Assembly (NCBI RefSeq): GCF_963921235.1
Contig: NC_086108.1
Location: 109,866,001 to 109,930,000 of the forward strand
DNA length: 64,000 nt
DNA from: Mobula hypostoma
Taxonomy: Eukaryota
Direction: 5' to 3'
The notes beneath the pieces are model-generated. The model was not told the DNA's origin. It did no database searches and saw nothing but the letters and a program-made list of their open reading frames with translations. How positions within the stretch are numbered: position 1 is the stretch's first letter; each line of letters starts with the position of its first letter. Of the stretch, positions 50,760 to 62,499 are shown piece after piece. The position numbers and the translations under genes were made by a program.

Positions 50760-51420
50760 CCCCAGGTAGTCCTTCCCAATGAGGCAGCACTTCACCTGTG
50801 GATCTGTTGGGGTCACCTCTTCTATCCGGTGCTCCCACAGCAGCCTCCTCTACGTTGGCGAGACCCAACTTAAGTTGAGGGGCTGCTTTGATGAGGACCT
50901 CTGCTCCATCCACCAAAAGTGGAATTTCCAGTCATCAACCATTTTAATTCTTATCCCCCACTCCTGTTCCAATATGTCGGTCCACAGCCTCTTTTGCCAC
51001 GATGAGGGCACTCTCAGGGTGAAGGAGCAACACCTCATATTCTGTCTAGGTAGCTTCCAACCTGCTGGCATGAACATCAATTTCTCCTTCTGGTAATTTT
51101 TTCCCCTCTCTCTTCCCTCTTCTATTCCCCACTCTGACCTTTTACCTCTTCTCCTCACCTCCGTATCACCACCCCCGGATCCCCTCTTCCTTCACTTTCT
51201 CCCATGGTTCGCTCTCCTCTCCGATCAGACTCCTTCTTCTCGACCCACCTGGCTTCACCTGTCACTTTCTAGCTTGTCCTCCTCCCCCACCTTCTTGTTC
51301 TGGTATCTTCCCTGTGCCTTTCCAGTCCTGAAGAAGAGTCTCGGCCCAAAACCTTGACCGTTTGTTCATTTCCATTGTTTCCACCTGACCTGCAGAGTTC
51401 CTCTGGCATTTTGTGTGAGA
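50760..51420 (+). mobile_element. Penelope-like element fragment
   Basis: ORF 50779-51096 with LLYVGETQ (YIG half-motif) and EQHLIFCLGSFQPAGMN. Degenerate hammerhead near 51323. Confidence 0.75.
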
Positions 51421-52131
51421 TGTTCCAATTTCAAAAGCTAGGATTAATGAGTTGTGGACGTGCTTTCTTGGCACCAGAAGCCTGGCGACATTTCCAGACT
51501 GTCCCGCCGCACATCCTCGGATGCAAAAGACACATTTCACTGTACGTCTCTATGTACGAGTGACAAATAAAGCTAATCATCTTCTCAGCGCTTAATGTAC
51601 TTACAAAGTGCTGCTCGAGTGGAAGTATTTGTTAAAAAACACACACACACACACACACACACTGACAAATACAGATTTCCTTGCCTTAAACGCACCGAGA
51701 TGGCTCTTGGTCAGCTCAGAGAACACAGTTAGGAACCGAACCTGAAACTCGTGCGAGCGAACCAGCTGCGAGCTGGCAGCCACAACTTTAATTGCAATCG
51801 CTGTTCGGGTTCGGAAGGTTCTCAAAGTGTCACCAGCTGTCGATATTTGCTGATGGCTTGTCTTCAGATTGACGTCAAAATGGGAATGAGAGACCAATTC
51901 CCTGATCGCCAGCTCATTAATGAATGGGAAAATGAGCGTACAATCCATGGCCCAGGGAAGGACACCGGAAAGTGATGGATTTGGATAGAGTCCGCAACTG
52001 GGCAAATACACTGACCTGCGTTTCTTAACAGCTGCAGTGACCAAAGTCTTTAAATAGCAACATTCAATCATTCTCTAAGCTCGCACCTGCAAAACTAAGA
52101 CATAAAATACTACAACCCTTCAGCCTACCTA

Positions 52132-52195
52132 CAGTACCGTGCAAGGTCTTAGGCACAAATATAGCTAGGGTGTCTGAGACTTTTGCACAGCACTG
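52132..52195. mobile_element. 64-bp Tc1/mariner-type mini-MITE
   Basis: TA + CAGTACCGTGCAAGGTCTTAGGCAC ... GTGTCTGAGACTTTTGCACAGCACTG + TA: inverted termini with a TA TSD. Confidence 0.75.
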
Positions 52196-52796
52196 TAGCA
52201 ATTTTACGTATTGACTGTACTGCTCCCACAAAACACAAAGAAATTTCATGACATATGTGAGTGATGATAAACTTGATTCTGGTAATGGGTCTCTACTGAG
52301 GACTGAGAGTGGGAAGGGGCCAAGAAACCTCGGTGGAAAAAATTTGATTACATTTACCCTATCTTTTCCCCTCAGAATTCTGTATACCTTAATCAAACTC
52401 CTCTTAATCTCCTAGGCTCCAGGCAATAAAGTGCTAACCTATTCAGAAATGCAGCTTGCTGAGAAAAATGAGGGGGGTGTTTATAAATGTGAAATGAGGA
52501 GACATAGAGTCACAGAGCACAGAAACAGTTCCTTCGGCCCGTCTAATCTGTGCCAAACTATTAATCTGCCTAGTCCCATTGACCTGCACCCAGATCATAG
52601 ACCTCCAAACTCTTCCCATGCATGTACCTGTCCAAATTTCTCTTAAATGTTAAAATTAAACCCACATCCACCACTTCCACTGGCAGCTCATTCCACACCC
52701 TCACCACCTCCTGAATGAAAATGTTCCCCCTCAGTTTCCCCTTAAACTTTTCACCTTTCAACCCATTAACCCATGACCTATAGTTTGACCTATAGA

Positions 52797-53109
52797 GTTG
52801 GCCCGTGGCCAAGTGGTTAAGGCGTTCGTCTAGTGATCTGAAGGTCGCTAGTTCAAGCCTTGGCTGAGGCAGCGTGTTGTGTCCTTAAGCAAGACACTTA
52901 ATCACACATTGCTCTGCGATGACACCGGTGCCAAGCTGTTTGGGTCCTAATGCCCTTCCCTTGGACAACATCGGTGTCGTGGACAGGGGAGACTTGCAGC
53001 ATGGGCAACTGCCAGTCTTCCATACAACCTTGCCCAGGCCTGAGCCCTGGAAAACCTTGCAAGGCGCAAATCCATGGTCTCATGAGACTAACAGATGCCT
53101 ATAAAAAAA
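52797..53109 (+). mobile_element. tRNA-derived SINE with a CORE-like middle and an RTE-like tail
   Basis: A box TGGCCAAGTGG, B box GTTCAAGCC, GTGTCCTTAAGCAAGACACTTAA, poly-A tail, TSD ATAGTTTGA. Confidence 0.85.
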
Positions 53110-53766
53110 ATAGTTTGAGTCTCACCCCATCCTCAGTAGAAAAAGTCTGCTTGCCTTGATCTATCTATACCCTTCATAATCCTGTGTACCTCTATCAAAT
53201 CTCCCCTCATTCTCCTACGCTCTAGGGAATAAAGTTCTAATCTATTCAGCCTTTCCCTAAAACTTAAGTCCCCAAGTCCTGGAAACATCCTTGTAAATTT
53301 TCTCTGCACTCTTTCAATTTTAGTTGCATCTTTCCTGTAGGTAGGTGACCAAAACTACACACAGTACTCCAAATTAGGCCTCGCCAACATTTTATTCGAC
53401 TTAACATTCCAACTCCTGTACTCAATGCTTTGATTTATGAAGGCCAATATGCCAAGATCTTTCTTAACAACCCTAAAGTACCTTCAATGCCACTTTCAGG
53501 GAATTAAGGACTTGTACTCCTGGATCCTTCTGTTCTACTGCACTCTGCAATGCCCTTCTGCTCATGGTGTAAGACATACCCTGCTGGTCCTCCCAAAGTT
53601 CAACACCTTGCATCTGTATGCATTAAATTCCATCTGCCATTTTCAGCCCATTTTTCCAGCTGGTCCAGATCCCAATCACAAAATAACCTGCAGATGCTGG
53701 GGTCAAAGCAACACTCACAACACGCTGGAGGAACTCAGCAGGTCGGGCAGCATCTGTGGAAAAGAT

Positions 53767-53804
53767 CGGTCGACGTTTCCGGCCGGAACCCTTCATCAGG
53801 ACTG
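53767..53804 (-). ncRNA. Minimal hammerhead motif (PLE); core intact but stem II closing pair mismatched
   Basis: CAGUC CUGAUGA A GGGU UCCG GCCG GAAAC GUC GACCG. Confidence 0.6.
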
Positions 53805-55246
53805 TAGGGGGAAGGGGCAGAGGCCCTGTAAAGAAGGTACTGTAAAGAAGTACTTTACTATAAAGAAGATATGTCCATACATGGCCTCCTCTACCGCCAT
53901 GATGAGGCTAAACTCAGGTTGGAGGAGCAACACCTCATATACTGTCTAGGTAGTCTCCAGCCCCTTGGTATGAACGAGTTTATAGCTTTGAGAGTCTTCC
54001 TCACTGTCCACTACACCCCCAATCCTGCAATCATCTGCAAATTCGCTGATCCAGTTAACCACATTATCATCCAGATCGCTGATATAGATGACAAACAACA
54101 ATGGCTCCTGCATCAATTCCTGTGGCACTCCATTAGTCACAGACGTCGAGTCAGAGAGGGAACCACCTGCTACAGGTCTGGCTTCCCCCACAAAGCCAAT
54201 GTCCAATCCGATCTATTACCTTATTCTGAACGCTGAGTGACTGAACTTTCATGTCGTATAAAACAGTGTTAATAAACCTGATTCTGATACCTACACACTG
54301 GGAAAAATTTACACCTACCAGTTAAAGTAGCAGTATGAACGGCTTTGGGAAAGGACCATAAGACATTTGGCCCATCAAGTCTGCTCCAACATTGTGGCCG
54401 ATTCATTTTCTCTCTCCAGGTGCCTATCTAAGAGTCTTTTAAATGTCTCTAATGTATCTGCCTCTACCATCACCTCTAACAGAGTGTTCCACACACCCAC
54501 CACTCTGTGTAAAAAACCTACCTCTGACATCACCCCCTATACTTTCCTCCAATCACCTTCAAATTATCAACTACATTAGCCATTTCTGCCCTGTGTAAAA
54601 GTCTAATAAATGCCTTTAATTTTGTATATTTCTATCTAGTCACCTCTCTTCATCCATCACTCCAGAGAGAAAAACTCTATCTCACTCAACTTTTCCTCAT
54701 AAGACATGCTTGCTAATCCAGGCAACATCCTGGTAAATTTCCTCTGTGCCCTCTCTAAAGCTTCCACATCCTAGTTCAGGAGCAAGAACCAACCCACTAG
54801 GCAGCTCCAGGTGCAGAGAGTTTGATTGGAGAGCACAGGAAAGATTTACAAGGATGTTGCTGGAACTCGAGGGCCAGGAAGGGTTTGGTCAGGGTAGGCC
54901 TTTATCCTTGGAACGCCTGAGAATGAGGGGCGACCTTAAAGAACTGTTTAAAATCATGAGAGGCATAGATAAAGTCACAGAGTCATAGATAAGTACAGCA
55001 CAGAAACAAGCCCTTCAGCCCATCTAGCACATGACAAACCATTTAAACTGCCCTCCATACCCAAAGTACCTATCCAAACTTCTCTTATACGTTGAAATTG
55101 AGCTCACATGCACCACTTGTGCTGGCAGCTAGTTCCACACTCTCATGACCCTCTGAGATAACGATGGACAATAAACCTGTTTGCCAGGGTAAGGCAGTTT
55201 GGAACTAGAGGGCATAGGCGTAGGATCAGAAGGCAAAGATTTAAAG

Positions 55247-55923
55247 GAGGGAGGAGAAGATGGCAGTGCGACGCAGCGCGCACGGCCGCTCTGAATTGAT
55301 ATCTTATTAGTTAAATAGGGGCCATGCACAATCCTAATTTGATGGAGACAGATGTGAAGAAGCACGGAGGAACATCTGGAGTAACTTGTGAAATGCCCGC
55401 TTTGCTGCCGCTGCTACTGTGCGATCGAGAATCTCCGGAGGGGAAGGCCCAAAATCCTCGGCTTTGCCTATTGCCTGTTGCTGGGGCCGGCGTCGAAGCG
55501 CTCGGCAGAGATGGTGCTCGGTGTCAGAGGGCTGGTGGGAGGCTCGAAGTTTTCGGACGGACTCAGAGTCGGACTGTGGTCGGGTGCTTCCAGGATGCTG
55601 CATCGGCAAGTTTGCGGCGCTGGAAGCTCATGGCAGGGAGAGTTTCTCCCTTCAACCGTCTGCGTGAGATGATGGGACTTTCGAGAGACTTCGAGACTTT
55701 TTTTTTACGTCCATGGTCTGTTCTTCATCAAATTATGGTATTGCTTTGCACTGTTGTAACTATATGTCATAATTATGTGTTTTTTGTCAGTTTTTTTAGT
55801 CTTGGTTTGTCTTGTGTTTCTGTAATATCATTCTGGAGGAACAAATTGTATCATTTCTTAATGCATGCATTACTAAATGACAATAAAAAAGGACTGCGTG
55901 TCCTCATAATCTAATCTAATCTA
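55247..55923 (+). mobile_element. CpG-rich non-autonomous retroelement with a (TAATC)n tail; a truncated relative lies at about 18072-18520
   Basis: Begins near AAGATGGC, ends with AATAAA and a microsatellite tail, and splits a CR1 3' end. It shares sequence with the second copy. Confidence 0.65.
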
Positions 55924-58900
55924 AAATGGACCTGAGAGGCAACTTCTACCACAGAGTATATGTACTTATTGAGATACAGTGCAGAACATGCCTGTCCAGC
56001 TCTTTGAGCCCATGTTGCCCAGCAACCCGCCAATTTAACCCTAGCCTAATCGCAGGAGAATTTACAATGACTACAGGTGCCAAAGGAAGAAGATCAAGCA
56101 AGAGTCGGCTGTCGGGGACTCGGAGAACTGACCAGTGCTGCTGCCCAGAGCTGAATGGGAGGGGAGCAGAGGGCTATGGTCCGGATGCAGGTAGACAGAA
56201 TAACAATTTGGCACAGACTAGATGGGCAGAAGGGTCTACAGTGCTCTCTAACTCTGTTTATTATATTTATTTATTTTTGATCTGTAGCACATAACAGGCC
56301 CTTCTGGCCAAACGAACCGCATTGCCCAGCAATGCCCCGATTTAACCCTAGCCTAATCACGACAATTTACAGTGACCAACTAACCTACTAACGGGCATGT
56401 CTCTGGAGCGCGGGATGCACCCGGAGAAAACCCATGCGTTCGGTGGGGAGAACGTACGGGCTCCTTACAGGTGATGCTGGAATTGATCTCCGAACTCCAA
56501 CACCCCGAGCTGTGATAGTGTCGTGCTAACCGCTACTCTACCGCGGCACCCCGCGGTGTATGTGGAACAAGCTGCCAGAGAATGTGGCTAAGGCAGGTAC
56601 GATAGAACCTGGCTTCTTCCCCTTTCCTTTCCAGTCCTGAATAAGGTTCTCAGCCCAAAACACCAACTGTTTATTCCTTTCCATAGACGCTGCCTGACCT
56701 ATTGAGCTCCTCCAGCACTTTCCCTGTATTACACTGGATTTCCAGCATCTGCAGAATCTCTTCTGTTTATGAGGTACAGCAGTATAACTTAAGAAGCATT
56801 TGGATAGGTGGGGCTCAGAGAGACGTGGGCCAAACGCAGGGAACTGGGATTAGCTGAGTGGGCATTATGGTTGGGCCAAAAGGCCTGTATCTGTGCTGTA
56901 TTGCCCCAAGACTCTAAACTTAACAGGTCGAGTAGATCTGTGTGTGGGAGGACAAGGAATTGTTGGTATTTCAAGGCAAAACTCTGCATCAGGATCATAA
57001 AGTGCATTCTCAATACGAGAGATCCTGCTGATGCCGGAAATCCAGAGTAACACAGACAGAATGCAAAATGCTGGAGGAACTCAATAGGTCAGGCAGCATC
57101 TATGGAGGGGAATAAAGAGTCAACGTTTCAAGCTGAGGCTAGTCATCAAGACTGGAAAGGAAGGGGGAAGGAGCCAGAATAAGGGGATGGGGGTGGAGAG
57201 GGGACAGAGTACAAGCTGACAGGTGATGGGTGAGACCAGCTGAGGGGGAGAGGGGGAATGAAGTAAGAAGCTGGGAGGTGATAGGTGGAAAAGGTAAAGG
57301 GCTGAAGAAGAAGGAATCTGATAGGAGAGAAGAGTGGACCGCGGGAGAAAGGGAATGGAGGAGGGGAACCAGGGAGAGGTGATAGGCAGGTGAGAAGAAG
57401 AGAAGAGGTAAGAGGGAAACCAGAATGGAGAATGGGGATTAAAGAGAGAAGGGGAGGGGAGAAATTACTAGAAGCTAGAAAAATTGATGTTTCTGGATCA
57501 GATTGGAGGCAACCTAGGCAGAATATGAGTTGTTGCTCCTCCAAGCTGAGAGTGGGCTCATTGTGACACAAGAAAAGGCCATGAACCAACATGTTGGAAT
57601 GGGAATGGGAAGTGGAATTAAAGTGGTTGGCTAAAGGAAATTTACTTCTTCAGTAAAAAACTATGTGCCAGGAATACAACTGACATTAACCCAGGTGAAA
57701 CTTTTCAAAATCTCAAAGTTCAAAATAAATTTATTATCAAAGTACAGATATGTCACCTTCTACAACTAGGGCGTTCACAGTAAATACAAAGACACACAAT
57801 AGAATCAATGAAAGACTGCACATAAGACAACAAACAACAAACGGTGCAAATATAAAATAAATAATAATCATAAATAAATAAGCAATAAATATCGAGAATG
57901 TAAGATGAGGGGTCCTTGAAAGTGAGTCCATAGGTTGTGGAAACAGTTTCAGTATTGGGGTGAGTGAAGTTGTGAAGTTATCCCCTCTGGTTCAAGAGCC
58001 TGATGGTTGAGAGGTACAAACAGCAGACAAAAAAGCAGTTAGATCTATCCTTCAGTATTTAACTCCCATTGAAGCTCATTTCTACTCATCTTTCATCAAG
58101 TGAATTTTTTCAAATCATTAACGTGAGAGGCAATGGTGTCAGGAAAACTTTCCTTATTAGTGTGAGCATCAGGCGCTCCTGGGAAGATGAGATCGTGGGA
58201 GGTGGAAAGGTACTCCCTCTGCTGGCAGGAAGCTGCTATTACTGCAGTGTGATTTTTATAGTTCCCTTCCCTGAATTTCAGCTGTGGTCTGCCCAGCGGC
58301 GGTGTTAAAACTGGAGACGTGTTCACATTTTGGCTTAATTTATTCATTCAGGAAATGCAGACATTAATTGGGAGTCCTCGTGCTGGTTGAGACGGTGGTA
58401 AGGAAGCCAAATGCAACGTTAGCATTAATTTCAACAGGATTAGAATACAAAAGCAAGGATGTAAAGCTGAGGCTTTATAAGGCATTGATCAGACCACACC
58501 TAGAGTATTGTGAGAAATTTGGGAAAAGATGTGCTGGCATTGGAAACGGACCAGAGGAGTTGCACTAGAATGATCCCAGGAATGAAAGAGTCAACGTGTG
58601 AGGTGTGTTTGATGACTCTGGGCCTGTACGCACTAAAGTTTAGAAGAATGAGGGGGGATTTCATTGAAACCTATCAAATATTGAAAGGCTGAGATAGAGT
58701 GGATGTGGAGAGTATGTTTCCTATAGTGGGGGGGGGGGTCTAGGACCACAGGGCACAGCCTCATATTAGCACGACATCCCTTTAGAACAGAGATGAGGAG
58801 GAATTTCTTTACCCTGGGGATGGTGAATCGTTGAGACAGATGGCCAAGGAGGACAATTTATTGGGTATATTGAAGTGGAGGTTAATAGGTTTTTGATTAG

Positions 58901-59910
58901 CAGTACGTCAAAGGTTACAGGGAGAAGGCAGGAGAATGGGGTTGAGAGAGATAATAAGTCAGCCATGATGGAATGGTGGAGCAGATTTGATGAGCCAAAA
59001 GTCTTATGGTCTCAATAACAAAGACCCCTTCAAGTTCCTCGGAGTTAAAATCAGCAATATACTGTCCTGGTCCAACCATTTTGATGTCACTGCCAAGGCA
59101 GATCAGCGACACCTCAATGTCCTCAGGTGACTAAAGAAATTTAGCACGTCCCCACTGACCCTCACCAATTTTTACTGATGCACCATAAAAAGCATCCTAT
59201 CAGATGTATCACAGCCTGGTACGGCAACTGCAGTGTTTAGGTTTGGTCTTTCTATGGCATTTCTTTCATTTTCCTGAAAAAGCTTACAGGAAAAGTAATC
59301 TCAGGGTAGTTTATGGTAACATATAGATATTTTGATAATAACTTTGCTCTGTCCATGACAGCAAGAAACTAGAAGGTTGCGGCCACATCTCTGCACATCA
59401 CAGGGAACCTGCCTCACCTCTGTCAACACTTCTCGCTGCCCCAGTAAAGGCAACTGTAGAAACCGCTTCTGTAGAAAAATTTGGCAAGAACAATCATGAT
59501 CATGGAAAGACTGATCGCCTGCATCATATGACATCAATGAATGAGTACAGTACGACCTCACAGTCTATCTCGTTATGATCTTGTACCTTATTGTCTACCT
59601 GCACTGCATGTTCTTTGTAGCTGTGACACTCCATTCTGCATTCTGTTATTGTTTAACCTGTTTCACCTCAATGCACTGTTCAATGAACAGTATGCAGGAC
59701 AAGCTTTTCACTATATCTTGATACATTTTGGTTTTTTTATTTATTGAGATACAGCGTGGAATAATCCCTTCCGGCTCTTTGAGCCACACCACCCAGCAAG
59801 CCAATTTAACCCTAGCCCAATCACAGGACAGCTTACAATGACCGATTTGCCTACCAACTGTTATGTCTTTGGACTGTGGAAGGAAACCAGTGCACCCAGA
59901 AGAAACCAAC

Positions 59911-60246
59911 ACTCACAACACGCTGGAGGAACTCAGCATCTGTGGAAATGATCGGTCGACGTTTCGGGCCGGAACCCTTCGTCAGGACTGGAGGGGGAAG
60001 GGGCAGAGGCCCTATAGAGAAGGTGGGGGGAGGGTGGGAAGGAGAAGGCTGGTAGGTTCCAGGTCTTCTTCCCACCCTCCCCCCATCTTCTCTATAGGGC
60101 CTCTGCCCCTTCCCCCTCCAGTCCTGACGAAGGGTTCCGGCCCAAAACGTCGACCGATCGTTTCCACGGATGCTGCCCGGCCTGCTGAGTTCCTCCATCG
60201 TGTTGTGACCGTTGCTTTGACCCCAGCATCTGCAGAGTATTTTGCG
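59911..60246. mobile_element. Inverted pair of PLE termini inserted into a V-SINE
   Basis: Arms at about 59935-60043 and 60066-60174. 14-bp TSD CAGAAGAAACCAAC at 59897-910 and 60247-260. Confidence 0.85.
59953..59990 (-). ncRNA. Minimal type I hammerhead motif of a Penelope-like element, core intact
   Basis: CAGUC CUGACGA A GGGU UCCG GCCC GAAAC GUC GACCG, with a palindromic ACGU stem III of the dimer type. Confidence 0.75.
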
Positions 60247-60689
60247 CAGAAGAAACCAACGCAGTCACAGACAGAACATACAAACTCCTTACAGGCAGTG
60301 GTGGGAATTGAACCCAGGTCTCTCGAACTGTAAAGCGCTGTGCTAACCACTACGGTACCGCACTGCCCCAAGTGACAATAATAAACCAATTCCAACATTG
60401 TCCATCACTAATTGCCCTTTGACCTGAGTGGGCAGATAAGAGACAACCAGATTAGTGTGCCTGGAGTTAAATAAGGACCAATAAGAATGGCAGGTTCCCT
60501 TCCTTTAAGGCGACATGGATAAGAAAGGTCTGGAAGGACACGAGCCAAACCCAACTGGGACTAGATAGCTTGGCTGGCATGGGCAAGTTGGGCCGAAGGT
60601 CCTGTTACAGTGCTGTGACTTTCTTAACACTTAACCTATGAGGAGCATTTAACACCCTACACTCGGTGGGGGTCAGAAGGATGAGGTAG

Positions 60690-61420
60690 TTCTAGGCAGA
60701 AGACAGAATAAGACGGTGGGAGAGAGGGAGGAGTACAAGCTGGCAGGTGATAGCTGAAGCCAGGTGAGGGGAGAAGGTGGGTGGGTGGAGGAGGGAGGAT
60801 AAAGTTAGAAGCTGGGAGGTGATAGGTGGAAAAGGTAAAGGGCTGAAGAAGAATGAACCTGATAGGAGAGGAGAGAAGACCGTAGGAGAAATGGGAGAAG
60901 GAGGGACACTAGAGGGAGGTGATGGACACATGAGGAGAAGAGAAGGGGTAAAAGGGGAGTCAGATTGGGGAGTGGAAAATAAGGGACGGAGGGAGAAATT
61001 ACAGAAGCTGGAGGAATTTGTGTTTATGTCATCAAGTTGGAATCGACCCAGATGGAATATGAAGTGTTGCTCCTCCAACCTGAGAGTGGCCTCATTGTGG
61101 CAAAAGAGGAGGCTGTGGAACAGGAAGTAAAATTGAAGTGAATGGCCACAGGTAAATACTGCCATTTGTGGCAGGCAGAGGGAAGATGCATAACAAAGCC
61201 AAGCCCATAGCTGCGTCAGGTCTTAACGAGGCTAGAGCAGGAGCACTAGACAACACCAACAGACCTGCAGGTGAAGTGTCACCTCAGCCGGAATGACTGT
61301 TTGGGGCCCAGAATGGTGGTGAATGACCCTGAAGAAAGGTCTCGGCCTGAAACGTCGACTGATCATTTCCCTCCATAGCTGCTGCCTGGCTGGCTGAGTT
61401 CCTCCTGCATTTTGTGCGTG
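60690..61420 (-). mobile_element. Penelope-like fragment (-) abutting an inverted terminal-repeat copy (+)
   Basis: LRLEEQHFIFHLG remnant on the minus strand, followed by a plus-strand hammerhead-bearing terminus from about 61325. Confidence 0.65.
61324..61361 (+). ncRNA. Minimal hammerhead motif (PLE); core intact, stem I weak
   Basis: CUGAAGA A AGGU CUCG GCCU GAAAC GUC GACUG. The stem II closing G-C is replaced by A-U. Confidence 0.55.
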
Positions 61421-61647
61421 TTCCTAAGATGGTGATCCAATGCACATTCTGCACTTGGAGGTAAAGGTGATGGCTTTGGGAAGTTTTATTGGTGTAACAC
61501 GCACACAAAATGCTGGAGGAACTCAGCAGGGCAGGCAGCATCTACGGAGAGGAACAGACAGTTGACGCTGCTGAGTCCTGGTGAAATGGTGCAGGTTCCC
61601 AGTGAGAAGTTGGAGTGGGTGAGATCAGTTTGGAAGGTGTGACCTAC

Positions 61648-61806
61648 CCATGACCCATCGCACCGTTGGCGGGCTTGACGATGAACGTCTTCTGCCTGCG
61701 CTTTTTCCGTAGCTCCTGGATGCAGTTCTGGAACTGAGTGTACTCCGCAGGGAAGATCCACGTCCTAGGAGTGAAGCAGTATTCCTGAGACTGGCTCTTA
61801 ATCATT
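61648..61806 (-). CDS. TTLL7: TTLL7 internal exon (159 bp): (K)MIKSQSQEYCFTPRTWIFPAEYTQFQNCIQELRKKRRQKTFIVKPANGAMGH(G)
   Basis: Translation matches the TTLL7 TTL domain (PRTWIFPAEYTQFQN..KTFIVKPANGAMGHG). Acceptor cctttcag, donor GG|gtaggt, phase 2/2. Confidence 0.96.
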
Positions 61807-62499
61807 CTGAAAGGGAAAGGAAGAACCATCACTGAACACCCTCCATGGGGATTGACTTCTCCCCTCTTCAGCCATTGGCTGTTCCCTTGGATCTTACGGG
61901 AGGCTAGTGCAGGAATTGCAGGGGCCCAGGCAGAGAAATTTCAGATGTCCTTAGCCACGAGTGAGGTGGTTGTAACTGAGAAGAGGGCATGATATGGAGC
62001 CTCAATAGACAGGATTGGAAAAAGCTGCAGAGGGTTGTAAACTCAGCCAGCTCCATCATTGGCACTGGCCTCCCCATCATCAAAGACTTCTTCAAAAACC
62101 AGCATCCATCATTAAGGGTCCCCACCTCCCAGGACTTGCCCACTTCTCACTGATACGTCACGGCGGCTGAAACGACAGGCTCAATGTTTCAGCTCCTTCC
62201 CCTCTGCCATCAGATTTCTGAATGGACAATGAACCCACGAACACTATCTCACTATATTTGTTGCAGTCCTTATTGATTTCTTAGAGTCATTGAGTCACAG
62301 AGAAGTACAGCACAGACACAGGCCCTTCAGCCCATCTAGTCCATGCCAAAAACATCTAAACTGCCTACTCCCATCAAGCTGCACTGAGACCACAGCCCAC
62401 CATACCCCTTCTATCCATGCACCTATTCAAATTTCTCTTAAATGTTGAAACTGAGCCCACATGCACCACCTGTACTGGCAGCTCATTCCACACACTCGT

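Noticed and set aside
52797..52870. tRNA-like sequence
   Set aside because: It is the head of a SINE with body, tail and TSD, not a tRNA gene.
55324..55914. 196-aa ORF in a CpG-rich segment, possible promoter or gene
   Set aside because: Lies within a repeated non-autonomous element (second copy near 18072-18520) inserted in a CR1; no recognisable protein similarity.
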